From positions 960,001 to 1,024,000 of the forward strand of contig CAWBWI010000003.1 in assembly GCA_963792585.1 (NCBI GenBank): DNA of 64,000 nucleotides, given 5' to 3'. Shown piece after piece: positions 50,589 to 60,620 of the stretch. The stretch comes from Candidatus Eiseniibacteriota bacterium (GTDB lineage Bacteria > Eisenbacteria > RBG-16-71-46 > CAIMUX01 > VGJL01). The notes under the pieces are model-generated. The model had not been told where the DNA came from. It did no database searches and was given only the letters and a program-made list of their open reading frames with translations. Within the stretch, counting starts at the first letter, position 1; each line of letters begins with the position of its first letter. A program made the translations under genes and the position numbers.

Positions 50589-50945
50589 GTGCCGAAGCCC
50601 AAGGCGACCGACAGCGAACGGGTGCGCAAGACGATCCGGGAGCTGGAGCCGCTCGCCGAACTGGCGGGGGTTTTTGCCGCACTCGCGAGCGCGCCCCGGC
50701 TCCAGCTCCTGTACCTGCTCTACCACCGGCCGGATCTGACGGTCGGGGAGCAGGCGGAGATCCTGGGCGTCTCGGTTTCGGGTGTCTCGATGCACCTGAG
50801 GAGGCTGCGGGAGGCGGAGTTGATCGATTGCCGACGGGACGGAAAGACGGTTTGTTGCTGCCTCGCGGGAAAGAGCCGCCACGTGCGGATTCTGCGGGAC
50901 ATGTTTCGGAAGATCGGTGACGAGACCGGCTGTTGCCGGCTCTGA
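50589..50945 (+). CDS. arsR: ArsR/SmtB-family repressor
   Basis: F.ALA...RL.LL, VS.HL..LR.A.LI..RR.G; vicinal Cys VCCC and C-terminal CC. Confidence 0.88.
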   Translation: MPKPKATDSERVRKTIRELEPLAELAGVFAALASAPRLQLLYLLYHRPDLTVGEQAEILGVSVSGVSMHLRRLREAELIDCRRDGKTVCCCLAGKSRHVRILRDMFRKIGDETGCCRL

Positions 50946-50961
50946 TCAGAAGGAGGAGGCC

Positions 50962-51777
50962 ATGGAAGATCGGGTGGTGCGGGACATCGTTCGTGAGGGT
51001 TACGCCAAGATCGTCGTCGAAGGATCGGGATGCTGTGGCCCAACCGTCTGCTGCGGGGGAGGCAAGGCGGATGCCTTCGCCAAGGAGCTGGGCTATCAGG
51101 CCGAGGATCTGGCCGCGTTGCCGGAAGGGGCAAACCTCGGCCTCTCCTGTGGCAACCCGACGGCGCTGACCAACCTGGCCCCCGGGGAGATCGTCCTCGA
51201 TCTCGGCAGCGGCGCGGGCCTCGACGTCTTCATCGCCGCGCGGAAGGTTGGCCCGACCGGGCGCGCGATCGGGGTCGACATGACCCCCGAGATGGTCTCC
51301 CGCGCCCGGGCGAACGCCGCGAAGGCCGAGGTCGCGAACGCCGAGTTCCGCCTCGGGGAGATCGAGAATCTGCCCGTCGCCGACGGATCGGTCGACGTGG
51401 TCATCTCGAACTGCGTCATCAACCTCTCACCCCACAAGGAGCGGGTGTTCCGCGAGATCGCGCGGACCCTCAAGCCCGGCGGTCGGGTGGCGGTGAGCGA
51501 CATGGCCCTGCGACGGCCTCTGCCCGAGGAGGTCCGCAAGGACGTCGAGGCCTACATCGGATGCATCTCGGGGGCCATCTTGATCGATGACTACACCGGA
51601 ATGATGCGGGATGCGGGGCTCGCCGATATCGAGGTGACGGTGAAGGAGGACGTCGATCCCACCGAGGACGTCCAGGATCCCCTCTACCAGAAGATCAAGG
51701 CGCAGTTGCCGGCGGGGACGCGCCCGACGGACTTCATCGTGAGCATCGACGTACGCGCGCGGAGGCCGATCCGGTAG
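50962..51777 (+). CDS. arsM: Arsenite methyltransferase
   Basis: CC..CC N-terminus, [29 protein letters not shown]; downstream of arsR. Confidence 0.92.
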   Translation: MEDRVVRDIVREGYAKIVVEGSGCCGPTVCCGGGKADAFAKELGYQAEDLAALPEGANLGLSCGNPTALTNLAPGEIVLDLGSGAGLDVFIAARKVGPTGRAIGVDMTPEMVSRARANAAKAEVANAEFRLGEIENLPVADGSVDVVISNCVINLSPHKERVFREIARTLKPGGRVAVSDMALRRPLPEEVRKDVEAYIGCISGAILIDDYTGMMRDAGLADIEVTVKEDVDPTEDVQDPLYQKIKAQLPAGTRPTDFIVSIDVRARRPIR

Positions 51778-51838
51778 ACGGAAGCCGATCTGCTAGGCGG
51801 AGGCCGATCTGCTAAGCAGAGGCCGATCCACTAGCCCC
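51763..51838 (+). repeat. 19-bp direct repeat, four copies
   Basis: aggccgatccggtagacgg / aagccgatctgctaggcgg / aggccgatctgctaagcag / aggccgatccactagcccc. Confidence 0.75.
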
Positions 51839-52060
51839 AGCCTGCCGGCCGCCAAAGTATAATCCCTTCTTCTCTTGTAATTGAGAGACGGAGGGGTTAT
51901 TCTTATATCGCACTCACGTGATGTCTGCCACCGCGACGAGAGCGGAGATTGCCGGATGAAGCAGACGCTATCGGAATCGGTCCCCCCTCCCTTTCGGCTT
52001 CCAACGGGCCGCGGTCGGATATCCACACGCCGCTTTTCGAGTACATCCAAGGAGAGGAAC

Positions 52061-54787
52061 ATGAAACACCCCTGGATCGGTTTGGGTCTGGGTGTCCTCC
52101 TCATCATGGGCTTCGCCATGGGGCTTGCCGTGGGGCCGTCGAGAGCGGCGGACACGGCTACCCCCGTGCTCATGAAGCCGGGGGCCGGATCGAATCCGCT
52201 CGCAGTACAGCACTGGCGAGATGAGATCTGGATGCAACCGCCGAACCTCGAAGGACTCATTGCCAGTTCCGAGATCATCTCTGAGTTCAATCTGGACACG
52301 GAGATCGCAACCGACTTCCTTCTGACATATGGCGCGACGATCCAGCAAGTCCGCTGGTGGGGCGCCTACTACAACTGGAGCGAAGGCGACGCGCATGTCA
52401 CCAGCTTCCGGATCCGTTGGTTCGAATCCTCGGGCTGCCTGCCCGGCGTCCTGATTCGCGAGGACCTCTTCAACGACAATTGCAATGAGACGTTCATCGG
52501 CTACCAGGGCGGCTACTACCCACTCTATGAGTACTCGACCGTGGTCCCGGATCTGGCAATCCCGGCGGATACGCGCTACTGGTTCGGAGCAACCGGTACT
52601 CATGTATTCCCACCTCAATGGGGACGCCTGGAAGCTGCCGGCGCGATCGTCGAATGCGAAGCTGCCTTCCGCAGCGAGTATTTCGGCTTTCCTGAATGGA
52701 CCCCGGCAGTGGACGTGTTTGGGGTGATATTCGATGCCTCCTTCGCGCTGTATGCAGACGTGGGACCCGTCGAAGCCTGCTGCTATGCCGACGGCACCTG
52801 CCTGATCGAGGACCCAGTCGACTGCGAAGGCCACGGAGGGGCGGCGCAAGGTCCGGGAACCAACTGCTCACCCAACCTCTGCCCGCAGCCGGACCCACAG
52901 GCTTGCTGTATGGACGACGGCACCTGCCGGTTCCTTTCGGTGCCCGCCTGCGATCAGGTGCATGGAACCGCGCAGGGCGCGGGTACCGACTGCGACCCCA
53001 ATCCCTGTCCACAACGCACGGCATGCTGTTTCGAGGGTGGGGATTGCTTCGTGTTCTTCCCAACGGACTGCATCGCCCAGGGCGGGGAGCCGCAGCCGCC
53101 CGACACGCCGTGCGTCCCCAATCCGTGCCCCGATCAGGCGCAGGCCTGCTGCTTCCCCAGCGGCGACTGCCAGATCGACTCTCCGAGCGCCTGCTTGCGC
53201 ATGGGGGGAACGCCTCAGGGAATCGGGACCGACTGTTTCCCGAATCCCTGCCCGCAGCGGGAGGCGTGCTGCTTCCCCGGCGGCCAATGCATGGACCTCA
53301 TGGTGGAGGATTGCGCCGCGCAGGGCGGCCAGTCTCAGGGGGCCGGCTCGGATTGCGAGACGCATCCATGCCCGGTCGCCTGCTGCTTGGATGACGGACG
53401 CTGCGTGATGCAATCGGTCCCGTCGTGCCGGGCGGAAGGTGGAATCCCGCAGGGCGGCGGGAGCGTATGCGACCCGAACCCCTGCCCGATGCCGCGCGCC
53501 TGCTGCTTCCCCATGGGGACGTGCAGGATCCTGGTGCCCGCCGAATGCGAGGCCGCGGGGGGCGCTCCGCAAGGGGACGGAACGGTTTGCGATCCGAATC
53601 CTTGCGCGTTGCCCGAAACGCCGCGCGCCTGCTGCTTTGCCGATCACCACTGCGTGGTGCTCACGGTCGCCGAGTGTGTTGCGCAGTCCGGAATCGCGAT
53701 GCTCGCCGGCACGCTGTGCGAGCCGAATCCCTGCGAACCGGACGCGATTCCAAATGCATGCTGCTTCGGCGACGGAAGCTGCCGGCTCCTGCTCCAGGAT
53801 GCATGCATCGCGGAGGGCGGCCTTCCGCAGGGCGCATGCACGACCTGCGACAACACACCCTGCGCGCAGCCGACGGCATGCTGCTTCCCGGACGGACACT
53901 GCGTCCTGCTTCTGGAGGATGCCTGCTCGGCACAGGGGGGCACCAGCTCCGGCATCCCGTACTGCCAGCCGAACCCCTGTCCGCAACCGGAGGCCTGCTG
54001 CTACCCGGACGGTCACTGCGTGATGGTCCTCTCCGCGGCCTGCCGTCAAGCCGGCGGCGACCCGCAAGGCTCGGGAACCGATTGCGACCCGAACCCGTGC
54101 CCGGTCCCGCAGGCCTGCTGCTTCACGATGGGCACCTGCCGGATCTTGACGCCCGAGGCCTGTTTGCGTGCGGGCGGAATGCCGGCGGGAGTGGGCGTCG
54201 CGTGCGATCCGAATCCGTGCGCGCCTCCGGATGTGCCGCGCGCCTGCTGTCTGGGGGATCAGACCTGTCAGATCCTCTCGGTTGACGAGTGTGTCCGCAT
54301 CGGCGGACTGCCGCTCCTGGCCGGGGCGACCTGCGACCCGAATCCTTGTACCGAACAGCCGGTCCCGCACGCCTGTTGCTTCAACGACGGGCACTGCGTG
54401 CTGACCCTCAGTGATGACTGCACGCAGCTCGGAGGTCTGCCCCTGGGGGCGTGCGTCACCTGCGATCCGAATCCGTGCCACTCGGGCGGATTCGGCGCCT
54501 GCTGCTTCCCGGACGGGACATGTGTCTACACCTCCCCCACCGGATGCGACGGCGCCGGAGGGGTCTACTACGGTGACGGGACCACCTGCGATCCCAACCC
54601 CTGCTCCGTCGGTCAGGTCGGTGCGTGCTGCCTGCCGGACTTTAGCTGCCTCATTGCGACGGGCGAGGAGTGCGACACGCAGAATGGCATCTACCAGGGC
54701 GATGGGACGCCATGCGAACCCAATCCCTGCGCGGCGATTCCGACCCGCAACGCGACCTGGGGTCAGATCAAGGGGCTGTTCCGATGA
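52061..54787 (+). CDS. Secreted Cys-rich repeat protein A (16 modules, TWGQIKGLFR tail)
   Basis: RBS, signal peptide, N-terminal domain, 16 CC-x5-C-x7-C-x~13-C-x4-C modules. Confidence 0.85.
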   Translation: MKHPWIGLGLGVLLIMGFAMGLAVGPSRAADTATPVLMKPGAGSNPLAVQHWRDEIWMQPPNLEGLIASSEIISEFNLDTEIATDFLLTYGATIQQVRWWGAYYNWSEGDAHVTSFRIRWFESSGCLPGVLIREDLFNDNCNETFIGYQGGYYPLYEYSTVVPDLAIPADTRYWFGATGTHVFPPQWGRLEAAGAIVECEAAFRSEYFGFPEWTPAVDVFGVIFDASFALYADVGPVEACCYADGTCLIEDPVDCEGHGGAAQGPGTNCSPNLCPQPDPQACCMDDGTCRFLSVPACDQVHGTAQGAGTDCDPNPCPQRTACCFEGGDCFVFFPTDCIAQGGEPQPPDTPCVPNPCPDQAQACCFPSGDCQIDSPSACLRMGGTPQGIGTDCFPNPCPQREACCFPGGQCMDLMVEDCAAQGGQSQGAGSDCETHPCPVACCLDDGRCVMQSVPSCRAEGGIPQGGGSVCDPNPCPMPRACCFPMGTCRILVPAECEAAGGAPQGDGTVCDPNPCALPETPRACCFADHHCVVLTVAECVAQSGIAMLAGTLCEPNPCEPDAIPNACCFGDGSCRLLLQDACIAEGGLPQGACTTCDNTPCAQPTACCFPDGHCVLLLEDACSAQGGTSSGIPYCQPNPCPQPEACCYPDGHCVMVLSAACRQAGGDPQGSGTDCDPNPCPVPQACCFTMGTCRILTPEACLRAGGMPAGVGVACDPNPCAPPDVPRACCLGDQTCQILSVDECVRIGGLPLLAGATCDPNPCTEQPVPHACCFNDGHCVLTLSDDCTQLGGLPLGACVTCDPNPCHSGGFGACCFPDGTCVYTSPTGCDGAGGVYYGDGTTCDPNPCSVGQVGACCLPDFSCLIATGEECDTQNGIYQGDGTPCEPNPCAAIPTRNATWGQIKGLFR

Positions 54788-54840
54788 GAACGATCAATGA
54801 TGAACTCCATATTCCTCCGCAGATGACGAGGAGGTGTCCG

Positions 54841-55983
54841 ATGAGGACCGTATTGGTGCTGATGGGAATCCTGCTGCTCCTGACGACCCCGGCGCTCGCC
54901 GGTCGTAACGCGAACGGCGCGCTCGTCGTGCACACGGACGACGCGATCAACTACACGGCGAACGAGAACTACTGCTCGACAGTGCTGCCGACCGTCTGCG
55001 ACCAGCTGGGAACGCAGTCGAACAAGCCGGTGGAGGAGCAGGAGGCGGTGATCTGGTTGCTGGCGGCGTTCGTGCCCGAGTCGAGCCCGGGCGTGACCGC
55101 GATCCAGTTCGGGATCCACCACAACCTGCCGTCCAACCAGGGGCGCTTCTCCGGCTACGCCGCGTGCGGGCCCGGTCCTCTGGAGCTGCCCGATGCGGGC
55201 TGGCCGGAGCCGAATGACTGCGGCAACCTGGTCGCATACAGCGGGCCAGTCTATGACCATCTCATGAAGTTCTACTGGTTCGCCGCGATCGGCGTTCAGG
55301 ATGGCTTCTTCGGGACGCGCACCTATCCGAGCACGAACGAGGCGAAGTTCGTCGATGACGGCAATCCGCCGGTCGAGGACCTGATCTATGCCTTCGGCAC
55401 CATGCGATGGGGCGCGCCCGGCCTGAACCAGTGCCCGCACTACGATGGCGGCGCGTGCTGCTTCCCGGATGGTCACTGCACGATCCTGGTGGCGGATGAC
55501 TGCGATGCTCAGGGCGGTGTCTTCCAGGGGATTGGATCTCCGTGCGATCCGAATCCCTGCCCCGTCTCCGGTGGCGCGTGCTGCTTTGTGGACGGTCACT
55601 GCGAGATCCTCACGCCCGATACTTGCGTGGGCTACAACGGCGTATGGCAGGGACCGGAGACACTCTGCGATCCGAACCCGTGCTCGCAGCCTCCGCAGGC
55701 ATGCTGTTTCCCGAGCGGCAATTGCTCGTTCATTCCGCCGGCGGAGTGCGAGCAGGCGGGCGGGACGCCGATGGGATTCGGTTCGACCTGTGATCAGATC
55801 GCCTGCAAGGCGCCGGCCTTGGGCGCGTGTTGTCTCAATGAGGGAACCTGTGTCGTGACCGACGAGGCTGATTGCGCGGCTCAGGGCGGATCCTTCCTCG
55901 ATGGCGTCGCATGCGAGCCAAACCCCTGTGACAATCCGGTCGCGCCCACGACGTGGGGTCAGATCAAGGCCAGCTTCAGGTAG
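54841..55983 (+). CDS. Secreted Cys-rich repeat protein B (4 modules, TWGQIKASFR tail)
   Basis: RBS GAGGAGG, signal peptide ending ALA, AGRNANGALVVH N-domain, 4 modules. Confidence 0.85.
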   Translation: MRTVLVLMGILLLLTTPALAGRNANGALVVHTDDAINYTANENYCSTVLPTVCDQLGTQSNKPVEEQEAVIWLLAAFVPESSPGVTAIQFGIHHNLPSNQGRFSGYAACGPGPLELPDAGWPEPNDCGNLVAYSGPVYDHLMKFYWFAAIGVQDGFFGTRTYPSTNEAKFVDDGNPPVEDLIYAFGTMRWGAPGLNQCPHYDGGACCFPDGHCTILVADDCDAQGGVFQGIGSPCDPNPCPVSGGACCFVDGHCEILTPDTCVGYNGVWQGPETLCDPNPCSQPPQACCFPSGNCSFIPPAECEQAGGTPMGFGSTCDQIACKAPALGACCLNEGTCVVTDEADCAAQGGSFLDGVACEPNPCDNPVAPTTWGQIKASFR

Positions 55984-56068
55984 TCGGGCCCTGTCGAGCT
56001 GATGATGGCCCCTCCTTCAAGCATACATGAGAAGGAGGGGCTGTCCTCATTGAGCTAGGGAGCGAAAC

Positions 56069-58165
56069 ATGAAACACGTATGGATCAGCCTGAGTCTTGG
56101 CGCCCTCCTCGTCACGGGGCTCGCCGTGGGGTGCTCGCAGGCGGCGCAAGCCGCGACCCCCGTGCTCATGAAGCCGGGCAGCGGATCGAATCCGCTCGCC
56201 GTGGAGCACACGCGTAACGAGATCTGGATGCAGGCCCCGAACATCGAAGGGCTCATCGCGAGTTCTGAGTACATCGCGGAGTTCGGCCTCGAGTCCGAGC
56301 TCGCGAACGACTTCCTGCCGATGTACGACGCGAGGATCCAGCAAGTCCGCTGGTGGGGCGGGTACTACGGCTGGAGTCCGGGCGACCCGCCTGTCACCAG
56401 CTTCCGCATCCGGTGGTTCGAAGACTCGGGTTGCCTGCCGGGCACCCTCGTCCGCGAGGACATCTTCGACAACGACTGCAACGAGACCCTCATCGGTTAC
56501 CAGGACGACTACTACCCGATCTATGAATACTGGACATGGGTCCCGGACCTGTGGGTCTCGGCGAACATGCGCTACTGGTTCGTACCGACCGGCACTCACA
56601 CCTTCCCGCCCCAATGGGGGTGCCTCGAAGCTGCCGGCGGGGTCGTCGGATGCGAGGCGGCCTTTCGCAGCGCCTACTTCAGCTATCCCAACTGGACCGA
56701 GGCGAACGAGGTGTTCGGCAACAGCATGGACACCTCCTTCGCGCTCTTGGCGGACCTTGGACCTCTCGTCGCCTGCTGCTACGAGGACGGAACGTGCCGA
56801 ATAGAGGACGCCGGTGACTGCGAGGGCCACGGAGGGTCGCCGCAAGGAGCCGGCAGCGACTGCTCGCCCAACCTCTGCCCGCAGCCGGAGCCTCAGGCCT
56901 GTTGCATGGACGATGGGAGCTGCCAGTTCCTCTCCGTGCCTGCGTGCGGGCAGGCGCATGGAATCCCGCACGGACCGGGCACGCAGTGCGATCCCAATCC
57001 ATGCCCACAACCCACGGCATGCTGCTTCTCGGGCGACCATTGCCTCGTGATGGTCCCGGTGGACTGCACCTCGGGCGGGGGAGTGCCCCAGCCGCCCGAC
57101 ACGCCCTGCGACCCCAATCCGTGTGCCGACTCGCCGCGGGCCTGCTGCTTCCCGAACGGGGACTGCAGGATCTATCCGCCGAGCGATTGCGTGGACTTGG
57201 GCGGATCCCCTCAAGGATTCGGGACCGACTGCGAGCCGAACAACTGCCAGCAGCCGCAAGCCTGCTGTTTCCCGGATCGACCCTGCGAGGATCTGTTCGA
57301 GAATGTCTGCACGGCACAGGGGGGCGTGCCTCAAGGGTGGGACTCGAACTGCGAGGCGAATCCATGCCCGGTGGTCTGCTGCTTCGATGACGCGCACTGC
57401 ACGGTGCAGACCATGGCTTCGTGTTGGGCCGACGGGGGGGTGCCGCATGAGGAGCTGATCTCCTGCGACCCGGACCCGTGCCCGCAGCCGGGCGCATGCT
57501 GCTTCCCGATGGGGACGTGCAGGATCCTGGTGCCGTCCGAGTGCGAGGACGCAGGCGGCGCTCCGCAAGGAAACGGGACGACCTGCGATCCGAATCCTTG
57601 CGCGTCGCCCGACATTCCACGCGCCTGTTGCTTCGCCGATCATCACTGCGAGGTTCTCTCGGTTGCGGAGTGCGTGGCGCAGTCCGGAATCGCGATGCTC
57701 GCGGGCACGCCGTGCGATCCGAATCCCTGCGAGCCCGCCCCGCTTCCGCATGCCTGCTGCTTCGGTGACGGAAGCTGCCGGCTCTTGTTGCAAGATGCAT
57801 GTATCGCAGATGGCGGCCTGCCGCTGGGCGCCTGCACCACGTGCGACAACACCCCCTGCCCGCGGCCGGAAGCCTGCTGCTTCCAGGACGGCACCTGTCA
57901 GTACTTGCTACCCGAGACGTGCATCGAGTGGGGCGGGACCCCACAGGGCCCAGGGACGACTTGCGAAACAGCATTGTGCAGTCCGCCTCCCGTTGGTGAA
58001 GCCTGTTGCTTCGACGATGGCCACTGCGAGTTCACGACTGCCGAAGATTGTCGCGGGGCGGGCGGGTACCCGCAGGGCGAAGGGACGACGTGCGAGACAA
58101 CTGTGTGCCAGGCTGTTCCGGTTGATAAGACGACCTGGGGTCAGATCAAGGGGCTGTTCCGATGA
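56069..58165 (+). CDS. Secreted Cys-rich repeat protein A' (paralog of A, 11 modules, TWGQIKGLFR tail)
   Basis: N-domain and modules 1-9 colinear with A. Confidence 0.85.
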   Translation: MKHVWISLSLGALLVTGLAVGCSQAAQAATPVLMKPGSGSNPLAVEHTRNEIWMQAPNIEGLIASSEYIAEFGLESELANDFLPMYDARIQQVRWWGGYYGWSPGDPPVTSFRIRWFEDSGCLPGTLVREDIFDNDCNETLIGYQDDYYPIYEYWTWVPDLWVSANMRYWFVPTGTHTFPPQWGCLEAAGGVVGCEAAFRSAYFSYPNWTEANEVFGNSMDTSFALLADLGPLVACCYEDGTCRIEDAGDCEGHGGSPQGAGSDCSPNLCPQPEPQACCMDDGSCQFLSVPACGQAHGIPHGPGTQCDPNPCPQPTACCFSGDHCLVMVPVDCTSGGGVPQPPDTPCDPNPCADSPRACCFPNGDCRIYPPSDCVDLGGSPQGFGTDCEPNNCQQPQACCFPDRPCEDLFENVCTAQGGVPQGWDSNCEANPCPVVCCFDDAHCTVQTMASCWADGGVPHEELISCDPDPCPQPGACCFPMGTCRILVPSECEDAGGAPQGNGTTCDPNPCASPDIPRACCFADHHCEVLSVAECVAQSGIAMLAGTPCDPNPCEPAPLPHACCFGDGSCRLLLQDACIADGGLPLGACTTCDNTPCPRPEACCFQDGTCQYLLPETCIEWGGTPQGPGTTCETALCSPPPVGEACCFDDGHCEFTTAEDCRGAGGYPQGEGTTCETTVCQAVPVDKTTWGQIKGLFR

Positions 58166-58218
58166 GAACGATCGATGATGCACTCCATACTCCTCCGCAA
58201 GATGCGAGGGGGTGTCCG

Positions 58219-59247
58219 ATGAGGACCGCTTTAGCGCTGATGGGAATCCTGCTGCTCCTGACGACCCCGGCGCTGGCCGGCAGGAACGCGAACGGCGCAC
58301 TGGTCGTGCACGTAAACGATCCCGTGACATACCGGGGCACCGAGGACTTCTGCACCTCCGCTCTTCCAACGGAGTGCGCGGATCTCGTCACGACGAGTCA
58401 CGCCACCGGAGAGGATGTCGCCGTAATCTGGTTTCTGGCCGCGTTCCGGGCGGAGGCGAGCCCGGCCGTCACCACGATCCAGTTTGGGATCGAACACAAC
58501 CTGCCGCCTGGGCAGGGCTATTTCATCCGATACTCGGCGTGCGGCCCCTCGCCCCTCGAGTTGCCGGACACGGGTTGGCCTGAGACCGGGTTTGGAAATC
58601 TCGTCGCGTACAGCGGGCCCGTCTACGATCACCTCTTCAAGTTCTACTGGTTCGCGGTCTTCAACGAGGACAGCCAGAGCTACCTTGGGACACGAACATA
58701 TCCCAACACGAACGAGGCGAAGTTCGTCGACGACGGAAACCCACCCATAGAGGACTTGATCTTCAACTTTGGCACTGTTCGTTGGGAGGTGCCGGGAGAG
58801 AACCACTGCCCGCAGCCGCTCCCTGCTGAAGTCGCGTGCTGCTTCCCGGATGGAACCTGTCTCTTCATCGTCGAGGGCGACTGCATCGAGCAGGGTGGGG
58901 CATCTCAGGGACCAGGCTCATCATGCGATCCGAATCCGTGCCCGCAGCTGGAGGCATGCTGCTTCCAGGACTGGCGTTGCGAGATGATGCTGCCCGCCGA
59001 TTGCACGCAGGCCGGCGGCGTCGCTCAGGGCCCCGGCACGAACTGCGATCCGAACCTATGCTTTGTCGGCGATGGGGAGGCTTGCTGCTTCGAGGACGGC
59101 CATTGCGAGTGGATTCTGGCAGGTGACTGCGTTGCGCTCGGCGGGCGATCTCCGCAAGGAGCGGGAACGACCTGCGAGACCGTCATCTGCGAAACGGTCC
59201 CGATCGAGAACACGACCTGGGGGAGCATCAAGGCGCGCTTCCGGTAG
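58219..59247 (+). CDS. Secreted Cys-rich repeat protein B' (paralog of B, 3 modules, TWGSIKARFR tail)
   Basis: N-domain clearly homologous to B. Confidence 0.85.
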   Translation: MRTALALMGILLLLTTPALAGRNANGALVVHVNDPVTYRGTEDFCTSALPTECADLVTTSHATGEDVAVIWFLAAFRAEASPAVTTIQFGIEHNLPPGQGYFIRYSACGPSPLELPDTGWPETGFGNLVAYSGPVYDHLFKFYWFAVFNEDSQSYLGTRTYPNTNEAKFVDDGNPPIEDLIFNFGTVRWEVPGENHCPQPLPAEVACCFPDGTCLFIVEGDCIEQGGASQGPGSSCDPNPCPQLEACCFQDWRCEMMLPADCTQAGGVAQGPGTNCDPNLCFVGDGEACCFEDGHCEWILAGDCVALGGRSPQGAGTTCETVICETVPIENTTWGSIKARFR

Positions 59248-59280
59248 GCGACGAACCGCGCACCGCACCCCAACGAACAC

Positions 59281-59310
59281 GGGGCGCCCCGGCACGAGCC
59301 GAGGCGCCCC
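59281..59310. terminator. Hairpin between convergent genes
   Basis: GGGGCGCCCCGGC-ACGA-GCCGAGGCGCCCC. Confidence 0.5.
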
Positions 59311-59357
59311 ATTCGCATCGAGCGGCCGCGACGAGCGCGCCGCTCCCACTCCCGCCG

Positions 59358-60620
59358 CTACCGCGCCTTCCGCTTCCGGTAGGTCCGCGCCAGTTCGAGG
59401 AAGATCTCGAGGTCGCGGTCCAGGTGCGACTGGGTCCCGTCGAAGTAGAAGATGCGGATCGGGATCCCGTCGTGGTCGCGGCTGATCTTCGGGTAGATCG
59501 CCTCCGAGACGATCCCGTTCATGCAGGTGAAGGGGCTGATGTCGACGATCCCGTCGCATCCCTTCTGCCAGTAGTAGATTCCCTTGCCCGTGTTCATCAC
59601 CATCTCGCCGTAGACGCCCTCGGAGGGCAGGTACGGCTCGGCGAGATCCATCAAGAGGCCGATCCGCGCCGGCTCCTCGCGTCCCTCGAAGAGATGATGG
59701 AACGGGCGCGGCCAGCGCGTGCTCGTCGCGCCGCTGGAAGGTCTCCTTCAGGTACGCCGCGAGCATCTTCCCGCTCCACCGCTGGCCCGCGTACGGGATC
59801 CACTTCTTCCGCTGCTCGAGGTTCGTGTAGTAGACCCACTCGGCGATGTCCGAGATCCACGCCTCGCCGCCGTGTTCCTCGATCCTGCGGACGAGATCCT
59901 CGTTGCGAGAAGGTGTTCAAGCCGGCAGAAGATCTCGCCGACCACGCCGATCAGGAGGCGCTCCTCGTCGCGCCGCGGGATCGCCGTGAAGCGCGGCCGC
60001 CGCGCGCTCCATCACCTCGCGCAGGCGCCGCAGCGATTCCTGCGTGGAGATGCCGGGCATCGCGAGGACGTCGCAGGTCTCGCGCAGCGACGTCTCGTAG
60101 AGCGCATCGCACGCGCCGCGCTCCCGTCTCGTACGGCCGCACCCGCAGGAGCGCCTTGCGGAGCAGGTCGCTCACGAGGAGCGCACGCCAGCCCGCCCGT
60201 TGCACCCCCTTGCCGCCCGCGTTGTCGTAGCCGGTTCCGCTGGTGGGGGAGAAGACCATCGCCTCCTCCGCGCCGACCGAGTCGAGCACCTTGCGGAGGA
60301 AGGGCGCGTACTGCCCGAAGCGACAGGGCCCGGGCGCGGTCGGCATGAAGAAGGCGAGCTTCTCGGGGCGCGCGCCGGGCGCCAGGACGATCCGCAGCGA
60401 CGTCGCCGAGGGTGACCCGCTCGGGGAAGCACTCCTCTCCCGAGGTGTAGCGGCCGCCCAGCTCCAGCGTCTCTGCGTCGGATGGAGGGAAGGGGTGGGT
60501 GTCGATTCCCGCGGAGCGGAACGAGGCGGCCACGCAACGCGCCGCGCTGAAGCTCATGCGCGGGATGTAGAGGGTGCGATCCCGGAGCGAGGGGCCGCTC
60601 GCGGCGCGGTCGTTGCGCAT
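59358..60620 (-). CDS. Activase-associated protein (DUF2229-like / 2-hydroxyacyl-CoA dehydratase-related), frameshifted
   Basis: LYIPRM, YTSGEECFP, MPTAPGPCRFGQY, VGEIFCR, ISPFTCMNG, FDG over several frames; ATG overlaps the upstream TGA. Confidence 0.72.

Noticed and set aside
51763..51838. Mini CRISPR array
   Set aside because: Units are contiguous 19-mers with no unique spacers, and no cas genes are present.
52061..59247. Diversity-generating retroelement (TR/VR pair) or multiheme cytochromes
   Set aside because: No reverse transcriptase, differences between copies are not adenine-specific, and the modules lack CxxCH.
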